Part shown: positions 1 through 11,500 of the stretch, piece by piece
Layout: each line of letters opens with the position of its first letter
Numbering within the stretch: the first letter of the stretch is position 1
NCBI GenBank assembly: GCA_038087875.1
Contig: CM075980.1
Coordinates: forward strand, 124,001 to 188,000
Direction of reading: 5' to 3'
Length of the DNA: 64,000 nucleotides
DNA from: Malacoraja senta
Taxonomy: Eukaryota
Program-made: the position numbers and the translations under genes
The notes under the pieces: generated by a model
The model's input: only the letters and a program-made list of their open reading frames with translations
Database searches by the model: none
Told to the model about the DNA's origin: nothing

Positions 1-533
1 TCCACAACAAAATGTACAGGTTGCAAGGAAATTTCTATAGGCATTTTATGATAATAGCTATTAAAAACCGACTATACCCATCTGACAGGTTAAACATTAC
101 ACTAACTGACAAGAGATGGCCAAAGGACATAACTGCAGCAAATGTTCTTTTGGTAATATATTTAAAGGTGTCAAGACACCACATTACCGGACATTCAGAT
201 TAGATGTACGTGTTGTGAACAGCAATGAAGATACCCAGTTTGTAAGCACCAGATTTAAAAAAAATATATTGATAAACGCTGTTTCCATCATTCCCACTTC
301 AGAATTAACGTTAAAATTTCAACTGAAATATCTCCTGACCAAATTTGTGATGTATATGATCGACTAGAAATAAAACCTGGATAAATCCAACGTATTGTTG
401 TGAATGTTGCTCATTAAATAACTACAGTACTGATACTCCATATTAAGAACATTGATTTGCCGTTAAAATGAATTCTGTAATAACGTGTCAACGGCAGCAG
501 TGACAATCGAACACTCCGGTTTTAATGTTTCAC

Positions 534-1000
534 ATAGAAACATAGAAAAATAGGTGCAGGAGTAGGCCATTCGGCCCTTCGAGCCTGCACCGCCATTCAA
601 TATGATCATGGCTGATCATCCAACTCAGTATCCTGTACCTGCTTTCTCTCCATACCCCCTGATCCCTTTAGCCACAAGGGCCACATCTAACTCCCTCTTA
701 AATATAGCCAATGAACTGGCCTCAACTACATTCTGTGGCAGAGAATTCCAGAGATTCACCACTCTCTGTGTAAAAAATGTTTTTCTCATCTCAGTCCTAA
801 AAGATTTCCCCTTTATCCTTAAACTGTGACCCCTTGTTCTGGACTTCCCCAACATCGGGAACAATCTTCCTGCATCTAGCCTGTCCAACCCCTTAAGGAT
901 TTTGTAAGTTTCTATAAGATCCCCCCCTCAATCTTCTAAATTCTAGCGAGTACAAGCCAAGTCTATCCAGTCTTTCTTCATATGAAAGTCCTGACATCCC
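534..1000 (-). mobile_element. CR1 LINE 3' fragment inserted in transposon copy 1
   Basis: RTRGHSLRIKG...[15 protein letters not shown]-terminal CR1 ORF2 motif; ATAGAAAC tail repeat. Confidence 0.9.
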
Positions 1001-1641
1001 ATGTTCACAATTTAATTAATCCATCTTTGGAGCAAAGGAAATAGGCAACGTTTTGGGTCGAGACCCTTCTTCAGACTGTTCCCCCCATTCTTCTTGAATG
1101 GGAGGATCAGTACAGGATGGGGGGGTTGGGAGATCAGCGCAGGATGAATGGGGGGGGTGCAGGGTAAATGGAGGGTGGTGGGTCAGTACGGGATGAATGC
1201 GTGGATTAGTACAGGATGGATGGAGGAGAAGTGCAGGATGGATGGGAAGGGGGGTAAGTACAGGATGAATTGGGGGACCAGTGTAGGATGGATGGGGGGG
1301 GTGGCAGGAGAATCAATGCGAGGTGGATAGGGTGATCAGCGCAGGATGAATAGATGGGGGGGGGGTAGATGGGAAGGGGAGCACAGGGGATGTCGGTGAG
1401 GACTGAATAGAGGCAGGAATGGGGTTCAGTGCGGGATGGAGAGGAGGGGTCCCAGGATAAGGGGGGGTGGAGGGGGCGTACAAGAGAGAGAGAGAGAGAG
1501 AGGGGGGGGCGAGGTGGGGAGGAAGGAAGGTCAGCGCTCCTCGGACAACATCGCCCTGCTGCCTTGGCCGTTGGGATCTCCTCGCCATCGCCTCCCTCCT
1601 CCGCCAGCCAACAGCAAGGTGCGGGGCCGAGCGGTGCAGCT

Positions 1642-1669
1642 CAAAGATCCTATAGCTATAGGATCTTTG
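1642..1669. mobile_element. 28-bp perfect palindrome with 8-bp flanking direct repeat (TIR-only micro-element); degenerate copy at 16142-16169
   Basis: GTGCAGCT-CAAAGATCCTATAGCTATAGGATCTTTG-GTGCAGCT. Confidence 0.7.
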
Positions 1670-1758
1670 GTGCAGCTGCTTCAGAAGGGTCGGAGCGAAT
1701 GACGGGCCCCGCACAGTGGCTGCGACAGCGGCTCCATCTCCTCCTCCTCCCTGATAGC

Positions 1759-1891
1759 GGCCGCTGCTTGCAAATCCGCTAACGGCGCTTTCAAAACAAA
1801 CCCTCCCGCACGCCGAGGCCCCTTCTCCCGGCCTCGGCGTGCGTGGGGGTTTGTTTTGAAAGCGCCGTTAGCGGATTTGCAAGCAGCGGCC
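1759..1891. repeat. Long inverted repeat (62-bp arms, 9-nt loop) inside the transposon; homolog at 16261-16409
   Basis: Arms 1759-1820 and 1830-1891 are reverse complements with 2 mismatches. An outer IR (GGTCGGAGCGAATGACGGGC) extends the structure to about 1689-1932. Confidence 0.92.
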
Positions 1892-2173
1892 CTTATCAGG
1901 GCAGGGGCGGGAGCCCGTCATTCGCTCCGACCTTTCGTCACTCCGCACCTAGTATCTTTGCCCCGCGCTACAGCCGTCGCCGACACGAAACGTCGCGTTC
2001 CTTTTCTCCAGAGATGCTGCCTGACCCGCGGAGTTACTCCAGTTTTTTGTGTCTATCTTCGGTACAAACCAGTATCTGCGTGCCAAGCCGGGCAAAATGA
2101 CTCGGCCTTTAGGTTGCCCGGCGGCACTTTGGGTGGTCAATGGCACCCGGGCAACTGCTAATTTAGAGTCCTG

Positions 2174-2290
2174 TGTAATAGCGGCGCATTTGGATCGCAG
2201 TAACAGGATCGGTCCAAGTCAGGATGGATTTATGAAGGGGAAATCGTGGTTGACAAATCTTCTGGAATTTTTTGAGGATGTAACAAGTCC
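2174..2290 (+). mobile_element. CR1 RT fragment
   Basis: [36 protein letters not shown]. Confidence 0.8.
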
Positions 2291-2501
2291 CTTCCAGATC
2301 TTTAGAGTTAAGCAGTTATTCAAAACTACAGGCCATCACAAGATAGTCTGACCAATTTCTTGGGCTCATGTGATTTTTTTTTGTCAGTAAAAATGTATGT
2401 ACTGTATCTGGATTTTCACGGTTACTAAAACAGATAATAGTTTAATACTTAACACCAGTAAACCTGTCTAACTTTCACAAATGTATTAATTTTGTTAAAA
2501 G

Positions 2502-5500
2502 TAAAAGTTGGATTGCGCCATCCTGATCCAGTTGTGGAGACCAGTTCCTTATCAAGTGTGACACCTCCTGATGTTTGGTATCGGTTGACTCTACAGGAGG
2601 AGACCATTGACAGTGGCTGGCTATCTGCTTTGCAGCTGGAAGCAATTACCTATGCTGCTCAGGTACTGAGCTTTTAAAACAATTGGTCTACATGCAAATA
2701 AGTTGAGCAGCAATGCCCTCAGATCCAAGTGTTAAAGAAGGAACTGCAGATGCTGGAAAATCAAAGGTACACAAAAATGCTGGAGAAACTCAGCGGGTGC
2801 AGCAGCATCTATGGACCGAAGGAAATAGGCAACGTTTCGGCCCGAAACGTTGCCTATTTTCTTTGCTCCATAGATGCTGCTGCACCCACTGAGTTTCTCC
2901 AGCATTTTTGTGTACCCTCAGATCCAAGTGTGGCCATTACTAAGTCCTGTTCAACATTTATTGTTTTGAACCACAGCAACATGAAACATTCCTCCCCAAT
3001 GGAGACCGTGCAGCCTTCCTGATAGGGGACGGGGCTGGTGTGGGTAAAGGCAGAACCATTGCTGGCATCATTTTTGAAAATTACCTTCTTGGTAGAAAAA
3101 GATCAATATGGTAAGTGGAAACAACATGAATCCAAATTATCCAAAGCGTGTTTACTGCAGTTGACTAAAGTTGAGGTTCTGTGCTTATTACAGGTTTAGT
3201 GTATCCAATGACTTGAAGTATGATGCTGAAAGGGATCTGAGAGACATTGGAGCAAAAAATATTCAAGTTCACGCGCTGAATAAGGTAATGAACAGTTCTT
3301 TTTGAAGGTGGTATCATTTATGTTAAAGGGGGAACTAGTCCACTTTTCTTTCATAACTGAATCAATTTTCCTACTATATATTTGAGGCCAATTTAGATTT
3401 GTATGCTTTTCAACAAGATAATAGTGCTTTCCACTTTCCATAGCCTCGCTGCTTCCAGCCTTTCCCATTACGGATTGACATTTCTGTATTTTAGTTTAAG
3501 GCTTCTGAATTGCTCATTGGAGAGTTTCAGTGGGTATACGGGGGTATTTTGCTTCATGGGTGATCAGGAACTGGGAAATGCAAGTGAAGGCTTTGTCTTT
3601 GTGGCCATGAAGTATTACAATGTGGCACATTATTTTAAATCTGACAATTAGTTTTCAATAAGTTTAATGATTTTCTAAAATCTCACTATCTAAATATAAA
3701 TGCATATAGTTATTTGTGGAAGCTTGATAGGATTGAATGCTCCCTGCACGGGTAAAACCCATGGTGACAAGTATATGTACCCAAGATGTGGAGGAAGATG
3801 ACCTTTGCATAAAGAGAAAAAAGAAACATGAGCATAGGGAACTAATGACTATTGACAATAAATAAACTTCCTGGTATTTTTAGTTTATTTAAGTAAGTCT
3901 TTTCCCATTTCCATTCCCACATTACTGGAGTCCTTTTCAGATTTGTTAACTTAAAGATAATTCAAAGTCTTGGTAAGATCGGAAAGTCCTGAATTGCATG
4001 GTTTGGGCTGCAGATTGATATGATGTGATGTATTCTGGAATATCTACAATTTACTGCACATAACATCGTGTGCATAATTTTGGCCCATACCTTCTTCACA
4101 CTTTGGGTCTTGGCAACCAATGTTGGAAATATGTACACTAATAATGTCACCATAACTACACTTGTTTGTTTTCCAGTTAAAGTATGGAAAAATCTCTTCC
4201 AAACAAAATGGAAGTGTGAAGAAAGGTATCATTTTTGCAACATATTCTTCACTAATTGGTGAAAGTCAATCAGGTGGAAAATATAAAACCAGGTTAAAGC
4301 AGCTTTTGCACTGGTGCGGAGAAGACTTTGATGGGGCTGTATCCTTTTTGTTAGTACAGAATTTAAGTATCACTGTGGTATGTTCCACGAGTAATAGAAC
4401 CAAAAGTACTGTTTTCTACAGAGATGTATTAAATGAACTATGTCCACGATGATTTGTTTCACATATCCTTTGTTTTACAATGTAGTATGACTATTTTTGT
4501 CTGGTAGAAGAGAGAATGCTTAGCTTTGTTGTATATTTAGATACTTTGATGTAGTATTGCTGTCCATTGCCAGTAGACGGGACTGCCGTCATCTGGGTCT
4601 ATGTCTACCTGACCAATGTCATTTGGGCTTGTCTTCCCATGGCACTAAGGAAATGCTGGTTGTCTGTTGGAGTGGAATTTGGATCTTGGAACTACGCATA
4701 TTTCTAAATCCATGGCATCCATTTATAGCTTGCCTTGCTTCCTGCATAACCTTCACCTGTGGGCACTTCAGTCGTTCAGCATCTTTCATGGCACATTTAA
4801 TGGGAATTGGAACTTGGCTTTTTGAGAATAAAACCATTGTAATTAACTGGATGGTTGCATGCTATTTACAGTTAATATAGTTAAAAATAACCTTAACTAA
4901 ATTATTGCAGATAGTTTTTGATGAATGCCACAAAGCCAAAAATCTGTCACCTGTTGGTTCTTCAAAACCCACAAAAACGGGACTGGCAGTATTGGAACTG
5001 CAGAACAAATTGCCAAAGGCACGCGTCGTGTATGCCAGTGCAACAGGTATGCAAACGTGGGAGCTTTAGTTTTGTCTTTGTGATCACTAACGTAAATGTA
5101 TTTACTTTGGGGGAAGCTGGATGGAGGAGCATAATTGTAAAGCAGGACCATGGCCATTCACATGCAAAATATGCAGGTGCAAGGAACATGAAATAGTAAA
5201 AACAGAAATGCTGGAAATGTGAAGCAGATCAGGCAGCATCGGTGAAGAGAGAATCAAATGTTTCAGAAATACCCTATCATCAGAATTCTTACCACCTTTG
5301 TACCTTCCTTTCCCATTTAAATTCATGACATCTCTGATGCTCAACCACTTTGACAGTTTCTGCTTTTTTGTTCCTAAATGTACCAGCATCTGGAGTTCCT
5401 TGTGTCTCATCTTTCCCATGGCCATCTAATTCATGTGCACTTGCCTCTCTTGTTCTCATTCATTTGGCAGAACTCATTCTAGTGCTGAACAACCTCCCCT

Positions 5501-8500
5501 TCTCCTCCACTTACTCCTTCCTTGGCAAAGTAGTATCTATGGGATCTCATGGACCCAAGCTAGGCTTGGGTATGTGGAATTATATTAGTTTTAGTCCTAC
5601 TTGTCCCCCAAGGTTCCTCCAATCCCTCAATTCTTTCTCTGCAACATTGATGTCTGTATTGATTCTGCCTTCTACACTGGCATTGAATTTAAATAGTTTG
5701 TTACTTTTGCTGCCAGTAGTCACCCTGCTCTCACTTTCATGTGGTCTACATTTGAAATTTCATTTCCTATCTTGTGTGTCTGTCTCCAACTTGGTGGGGG
5801 GGGGGGGGGGATAACATCAGTGATCTATTAAGTCCATGAATTCTCATAAATATCTCTCCATATTGCTTCTTGCAATTCCTTTATTATCTCTGTTTCTACT
5901 GTATTTACGCTGTTGACAGGACTTTCCACGTCAATGTTTCTGAAATTTCTTCCTTATTCTTTACCTGCTGCTCTATTGCAGTTGACATCTCTATTTCCTG
6001 TACTTCCACTTTTGTCCCCTCACCTCCACGCAAGGATAAATTCCCTTTGTTCTTGCCTTCCACGACCACCAGTCTCCTCATTCAGCAATGTGGTCTTGTA
6101 CGTAGGAGAATCAAATGCGGATCGCGTGATTACTTTACAAAGTGAGGTGAAATGTCAGGATGTCAAATGCAAGAGAGTATCGTGAAGCAAATGATAAGAC
6201 CCTTGGGAGTATTGATGGACAGAGAGATCTTGTGAGCAAGTCCATAACTACCAGAATGTGGTAATATTTCGACGAGGTGTATAAACAAGGTCTACAGGCT
6301 GCCTTTATGGATCAGGGTGTAGAGTATAAAAGTTGGCAAGCCATGTTGTGGCTGTATAGAACTCTGGTCAGGCCACATTTGGTACAGTTCTGATTGCGTG
6401 TTACAGGAAGGGTCTGTGGGCTTTGGAGAAGGTGCTCACCCAAATGTTGCTTTGATTAGAGAGTATAAGTTCTAAGGAGAAGTTGGACAAAGTTGGAAAC
6501 GCATATGATAATGGCATTTAGACTCCTAAACAGGCAAGTAAGGAGGAATATGCACCATGTGCAGACAGATTTTCAGTTTAAATTGGCGTCATGGTCAGCA
6601 CAGACATGGTGGGCCAGAGGGCCTGTACCTTGCTGTACTGTTCTCTGTGCACAAAGATGATTTGAAACCATGGAAGAGGGATTTTTGAGTATACTTAGGC
6701 CTTTTGAATATTATGAATCATGAAGTTCAGCATGGCCCCTACAACTCTTACCAACTCCTACAGATGAACCATAGAAAGCATTGTATCAGAATGCATCACA
6801 GCTTGGTTTGGGAACAGCTCCATCCAAGTCCGCAAGAAGTTACAGCGAATTTTGGACGCAGCCCAGACCATCACATAAATCAACCTCCCTTCTGTCGACT
6901 CCATTTATACCTCGTGCCGCCTCGACAAGGCCAGCAGTATAATCAAGGACGAGTCGCACTCTCTCTTCTCCCATCGGGCAAAGGGTATAGAAGTGTGAAA
7001 ACGCACACCTTTAGATTCGGGGACAGTTTCTTCCCAGCTGTTATCAGGCATCCTATCGCAACCAGAGAGCAGTGCTGAACTACTATCTACTTCTTTGGTG
7101 ACCCTTGGACTATCCTCAATCGGACTTTGCTGGCTATACCTTGCACTAAACGTTATTCCCTTATGTAAACGTTATTCCCATATACACTGTGAATGGCTCT
7201 ATTGTAATCATGTATTGTCTTTCTGCTGACTGGGTAGCGCACAACAAAAGCTTTTCGCTGTACCTTGGTGCACGTGACACTGAACTGAATGATGTTCTTC
7301 CTTTGTACTTATGGTATTATTCCCCATAATAGGTGCATCAGAACCTCGAAATATGGCTTATATGAATCGACTTGGAATCTGGGGTGAAGGCACACCATTC
7401 AAAGAGTTCAATGATTTCATTCAGGCTGTTGAGAGGAGGTAAAATACAATCCAAACATTTAAGTATTGAAATATAATGGTAACAATATGTCAGCTAGAAT
7501 GAGCTAATTCCTTGTAATGGTTATGTTTCAGCCCAATTCTGTAAATTGTGTTTCTTTTCTTTAAAAATCTTGTTTCTTTAAAACAGAGGTGTTGGGGCAA
7601 TGGAAATAGTTGCCATGGATATGAAACTAAGAGGAATGTATATAGCAAGACAACTGAGCTTTTCTGGAGTAACCTTCAAAATTGATGAAGTTCCCCTCAG
7701 TCAAGATTACATAAAGATGTATAATAGAGCAGTAAAGCTGGTAAGTCACGGTGCAAAGCTTTGTGTTTGGGGGGGCGGGGGGGGGGGGGGGGGGTTGCAG
7801 GCACCCCTTTGTTTGCATGGGGATCTGCAGCTGCTAGAATTGAAGATTAACACCATCATAAATCCTTTTCCATTGTGTTAAAATTCTGCTTTGAAGTAAC
7901 TGATATTTTTCCTTAAGTGTAGAAATATTAGGTAGTTTCATTGAAGCATAAATTACGGTCTAGTTTAGTTCACAAGTTCTAGGAGCAGAATTAGGCCATT
8001 CGACCCATCAAGTCTACTCTGCCATTCAATCATGACTAATCTATCTTACCTTCTCAACCCTATCCTGACACTCTTACTCATCAAGAATCTAAAATTTTAA
8101 ATAGTAGCAAGGAATAGTAAATGTTTAGAATTATAACTGTAGCGAGGAAATTTGAGAGCACAAATAAAGATATTAAGTTACCAGCTTCCTTTCAATGAAG
8201 CCTGAATCTGTCCTGAATTGTTTAAAAATATATATTTATTTTGTTGAATGCTGACTTTTTAATCTTTTCAGTGGGTAGAGGCAAGGGAGAAATTTCAAAT
8301 GTCAGCGGAGCTGATTGATGCAGAGCAGCGGATGAAGAAGTCCATGTGGGGGCAGTTCTGGTCCGCACATCAGCGTTTTTTTAAGTATCTCTGCATTGCT
8401 TCCAAAGTTAGGAGAATAGTGCAACTTGCCCGGGAAGAGATCAAGAATGGAAAGGTGATGAATCATAAATAAAGGCTGTCAATGTTTTTTCTTGTGATTG

Positions 8501-11500
8501 TACCTGCCTCAACTATCTCCTCTGGCAATTCATTTCATATACTTCCCACTCTTTGTGTAAAAATAAAAAGTTGCCCCTCGGGCTCCTGTTAAATCTTTCC
8601 CCTTGCACCTTAAACCCATGTTCTCTGATTCTCGATGCCCCTACTCTGGGTAAAAGACTGCATTTACCCAATCTATTTTTCTCATGATCTTGTACACCTC
8701 TATAAGGTTGCCTCTCGTCCTCCTGCGCTCCAGTGAATAAAGTCTTAGCCTGCTCAACCCCTCCCTATAAATCAGGCCCTGAGTCCTGACAACATCCTTG
8801 TCAATCTTTACTGCACCCTTTCCAGCTTAGCAACATCTTGCCTATGGCAGGTTAACCAAATCTGAACACAACACTCTAAATGTGACGTCATCAATGTCTT
8901 GTACGACTGTAACATGACCTTTCATCCATCTATTTCCAATATTGAGAAATCAGCAAATGCACTCTTTTAAAATTGCAGCAGGGAAGTTGTACAAGTTGTT
9001 GCTGATAAATAAAATGTAAACCATTCTAATACCTTAATTTTGTAATGACTTCTAGTGTGTGGTTATTGGTCTTCAGTCCACTGGAGAAGCACGGACCCTG
9101 GAAGCTCTGGAAGAAGGAGGTGGTGAACTGAATGATTTTGTTTCAACTGCTAAGTATGTTTGCATAGTATAAATGTTTCTTACTGTCAGTGTTATTTGAA
9201 AGGTGGTAGTAATACAAAACGAGCTGAGCATTTGTTTGTGGCATGTGGGAGTTGCTGTCAGGCTGAGTAGTTCTCCCAACTGGAATTTCATTTGTTTTGT
9301 ACGGAAGTCTTGTACCAGCGAGGAAAAATGAGGGAAAAGCTATAACCGGCCCTGTACCTTTCAACATTGCGGCATTGCACAGATGTGATCACACTCTGTA
9401 AATGCACGTTCTTTACATGCGCTACGAAAGCTCTGGAGTATCAAATGGTTTGTAAACAAAAATTCAGTTACTTGAGCTGTCTTAATTAAAGGACGGTAGA
9501 GTTATGGTCAAATAAATTTCCATTAATTTTTTTATTGTATCTGCTTGATTTGAGCAATCTGACCAATCTACATGAATACGTGTGATCAGGCAGTTTAAAA
9601 ATGCAAATAATTGCATTGTGAGCAATTATTTCATGTAACGATTCATGAATAGCAGCTGCGTTTTCCCCAGGTTTTCCTAATGTCATGCATCTGATTAATG
9701 GTATCAACTCTGGAGGGTATGGACAGACCATATTTCCAGTTGGGATCTATCTCCAGGCTAATGGAGTAAGGGGGAGAAAGCTGAACGGTTGACTGGAGTA
9801 GAGAGGGGGATCTGTTTCTCCACCCCCCCCCCTTCAGTCTGAAGAAGGGTCCCGACCTAAAATGTTGTCTGTCCATTCCCTTTGTGAGTGCTGCCTGACT
9901 CCGTTGAGTTCATATTGCACCTTGTTTTGCTGCCTATTGTCTTCTTTTTCAGGAATGATTTAAGATAATTGTATCTGCTGGGGTGACTGGAGTATTCATA
10001 ATGCTTTTTATTGATTTCTATTTTTAAATTGTTGCAGAGGTGTTCTTCAGTCTTTGGTTGAGAAACATTTCCCAGCACCTGACAGAAAGAAGCTGTACAG
10101 TTTGTTGGGGATAGAAATGAATGTGCCCAGTAATCAAGACTCTCCCATTGACAGTCCATCAAGACAAAACAAAGGGAAAAAACGGAAAGGTATGACCTTC
10201 CCTTTTACAGATATTGGTGAATGTATTGCTTCTGGGAGTACAGTGTTTGAGTTATCTCAGTTAAAATGCTGAGCTATGTTGATCCATGTAAATCAATACA
10301 TTTGTGTATATTAAGGGCATCAAGGTATATGGGGAGAGTGCTGGATATGGTGCCAGGATAGAATATTTACCATTATGTGCATGAAGGGCAGACGGGCATG
10401 AAGGGCCACATGGCCGACTCATTTCTTACATTTTTACACTTATTTTTGCCTCCCTTCACCCACCATTGGTTGAACCCTCAGCAGCCAGGACCATTTCTAT
10501 TATTGAAATGACTTTGATAGCCTGTCACTTAGATCAATCTTTTGGTAAGCTATTTGGCTGGACAGCAATTTGTTTTCTGATATATTTATTGAAGGGGATG
10601 ATGATTGGTAGCTATTGACATAAATCCACGTATTTGAAAATTGCAAAGTTTCATTCTTTCTCTTTTGTGAGCCATTTAAAATCTAACTCTTATTTTCTCA
10701 GCTAATGAGGACAAACGGGAAGCTAAAAAAGCCCGCAAGTCCAAAGGGCTGGCTGGGAGCAGCTCATCGGGGAGTGAATCTGAAGGGTCTGAAAGTGAAG
10801 GCAGTGACGCAGAAAGTTTTCACTCTGTTAGTTCTGCTGACGATGACTTCAACCCTTTCAGAGATGAATCTTCCGATGAAGAGGATGGTAAGTTGGAGAA
10901 AACTAAGTAATTATGAAACTGATGAATCAAGAGGTGCAGCATGAGGGTGGGCACGTTATAACTGTGCAATTACCTCTTACCCTTCTGTTATATATGACAT
11001 ATAATTCATGAGTCTTTTGAGTAATTGCTCTTTGAGCAATCCCGTTCTGCCCTTCCCTCTTATCTTTTTGTTCACGCATGCCCCGACCCTATAATCCGAT
11101 TCCCCAACCAGCCGCCTACACGAGGGATAATTCATTAAGGAACCAGCCAACACCTCTTTGAAATGTGGACGGAAATGCAAATTCCACACAGACGGAATAA
11201 ACTTAATTGAAAGTATGATGAGGTTATAAAACTCTCCGTTATATGGGACGTGTCCAGACTTATCAAGAAAAAAATTAGATGAACTTAGTTTAGTTTATTG
11301 TCCCGTGTACTGAGGCACAGGGAAAAGCTTTTGTTTGCATGCTATCATTTAAAGAACAGACAATACATTTAAAGAACAGGCTATACATGAATACTATCAA
11401 GCCATCCACAGTGCACCAATACAGGGTAGGGCATTTAGTGCAAGATATCTTATAGCAAAATATATATCCATATCAGTAATGCTGAGCTGTACTTTGTCCT

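Larger units (their letters stand above)
1..2173. mobile_element. Second copy of the same non-autonomous DNA transposon (left end outside the window)
   Basis: Colinear similarity to 14590-16718 (AT-rich block, G-rich repeats, hairpin, SINE piece). Ends in GCTAATTTAGAGTCCTG and abuts a CR1 RT fragment. Confidence 0.8.

Noticed and set aside
12-367. Short ORFs in the transposon interior as a transposase remnant
   Set aside because: No recognisable DDE, BED-finger or hAT dimerisation motifs.
9025-9055. ACCTTAAT near the 3' end of intron 8455-9055 as a second U12 intron
   Set aside because: The donor is GTGATG, not the U12 GTATCCTT; most likely an ordinary U2 intron.
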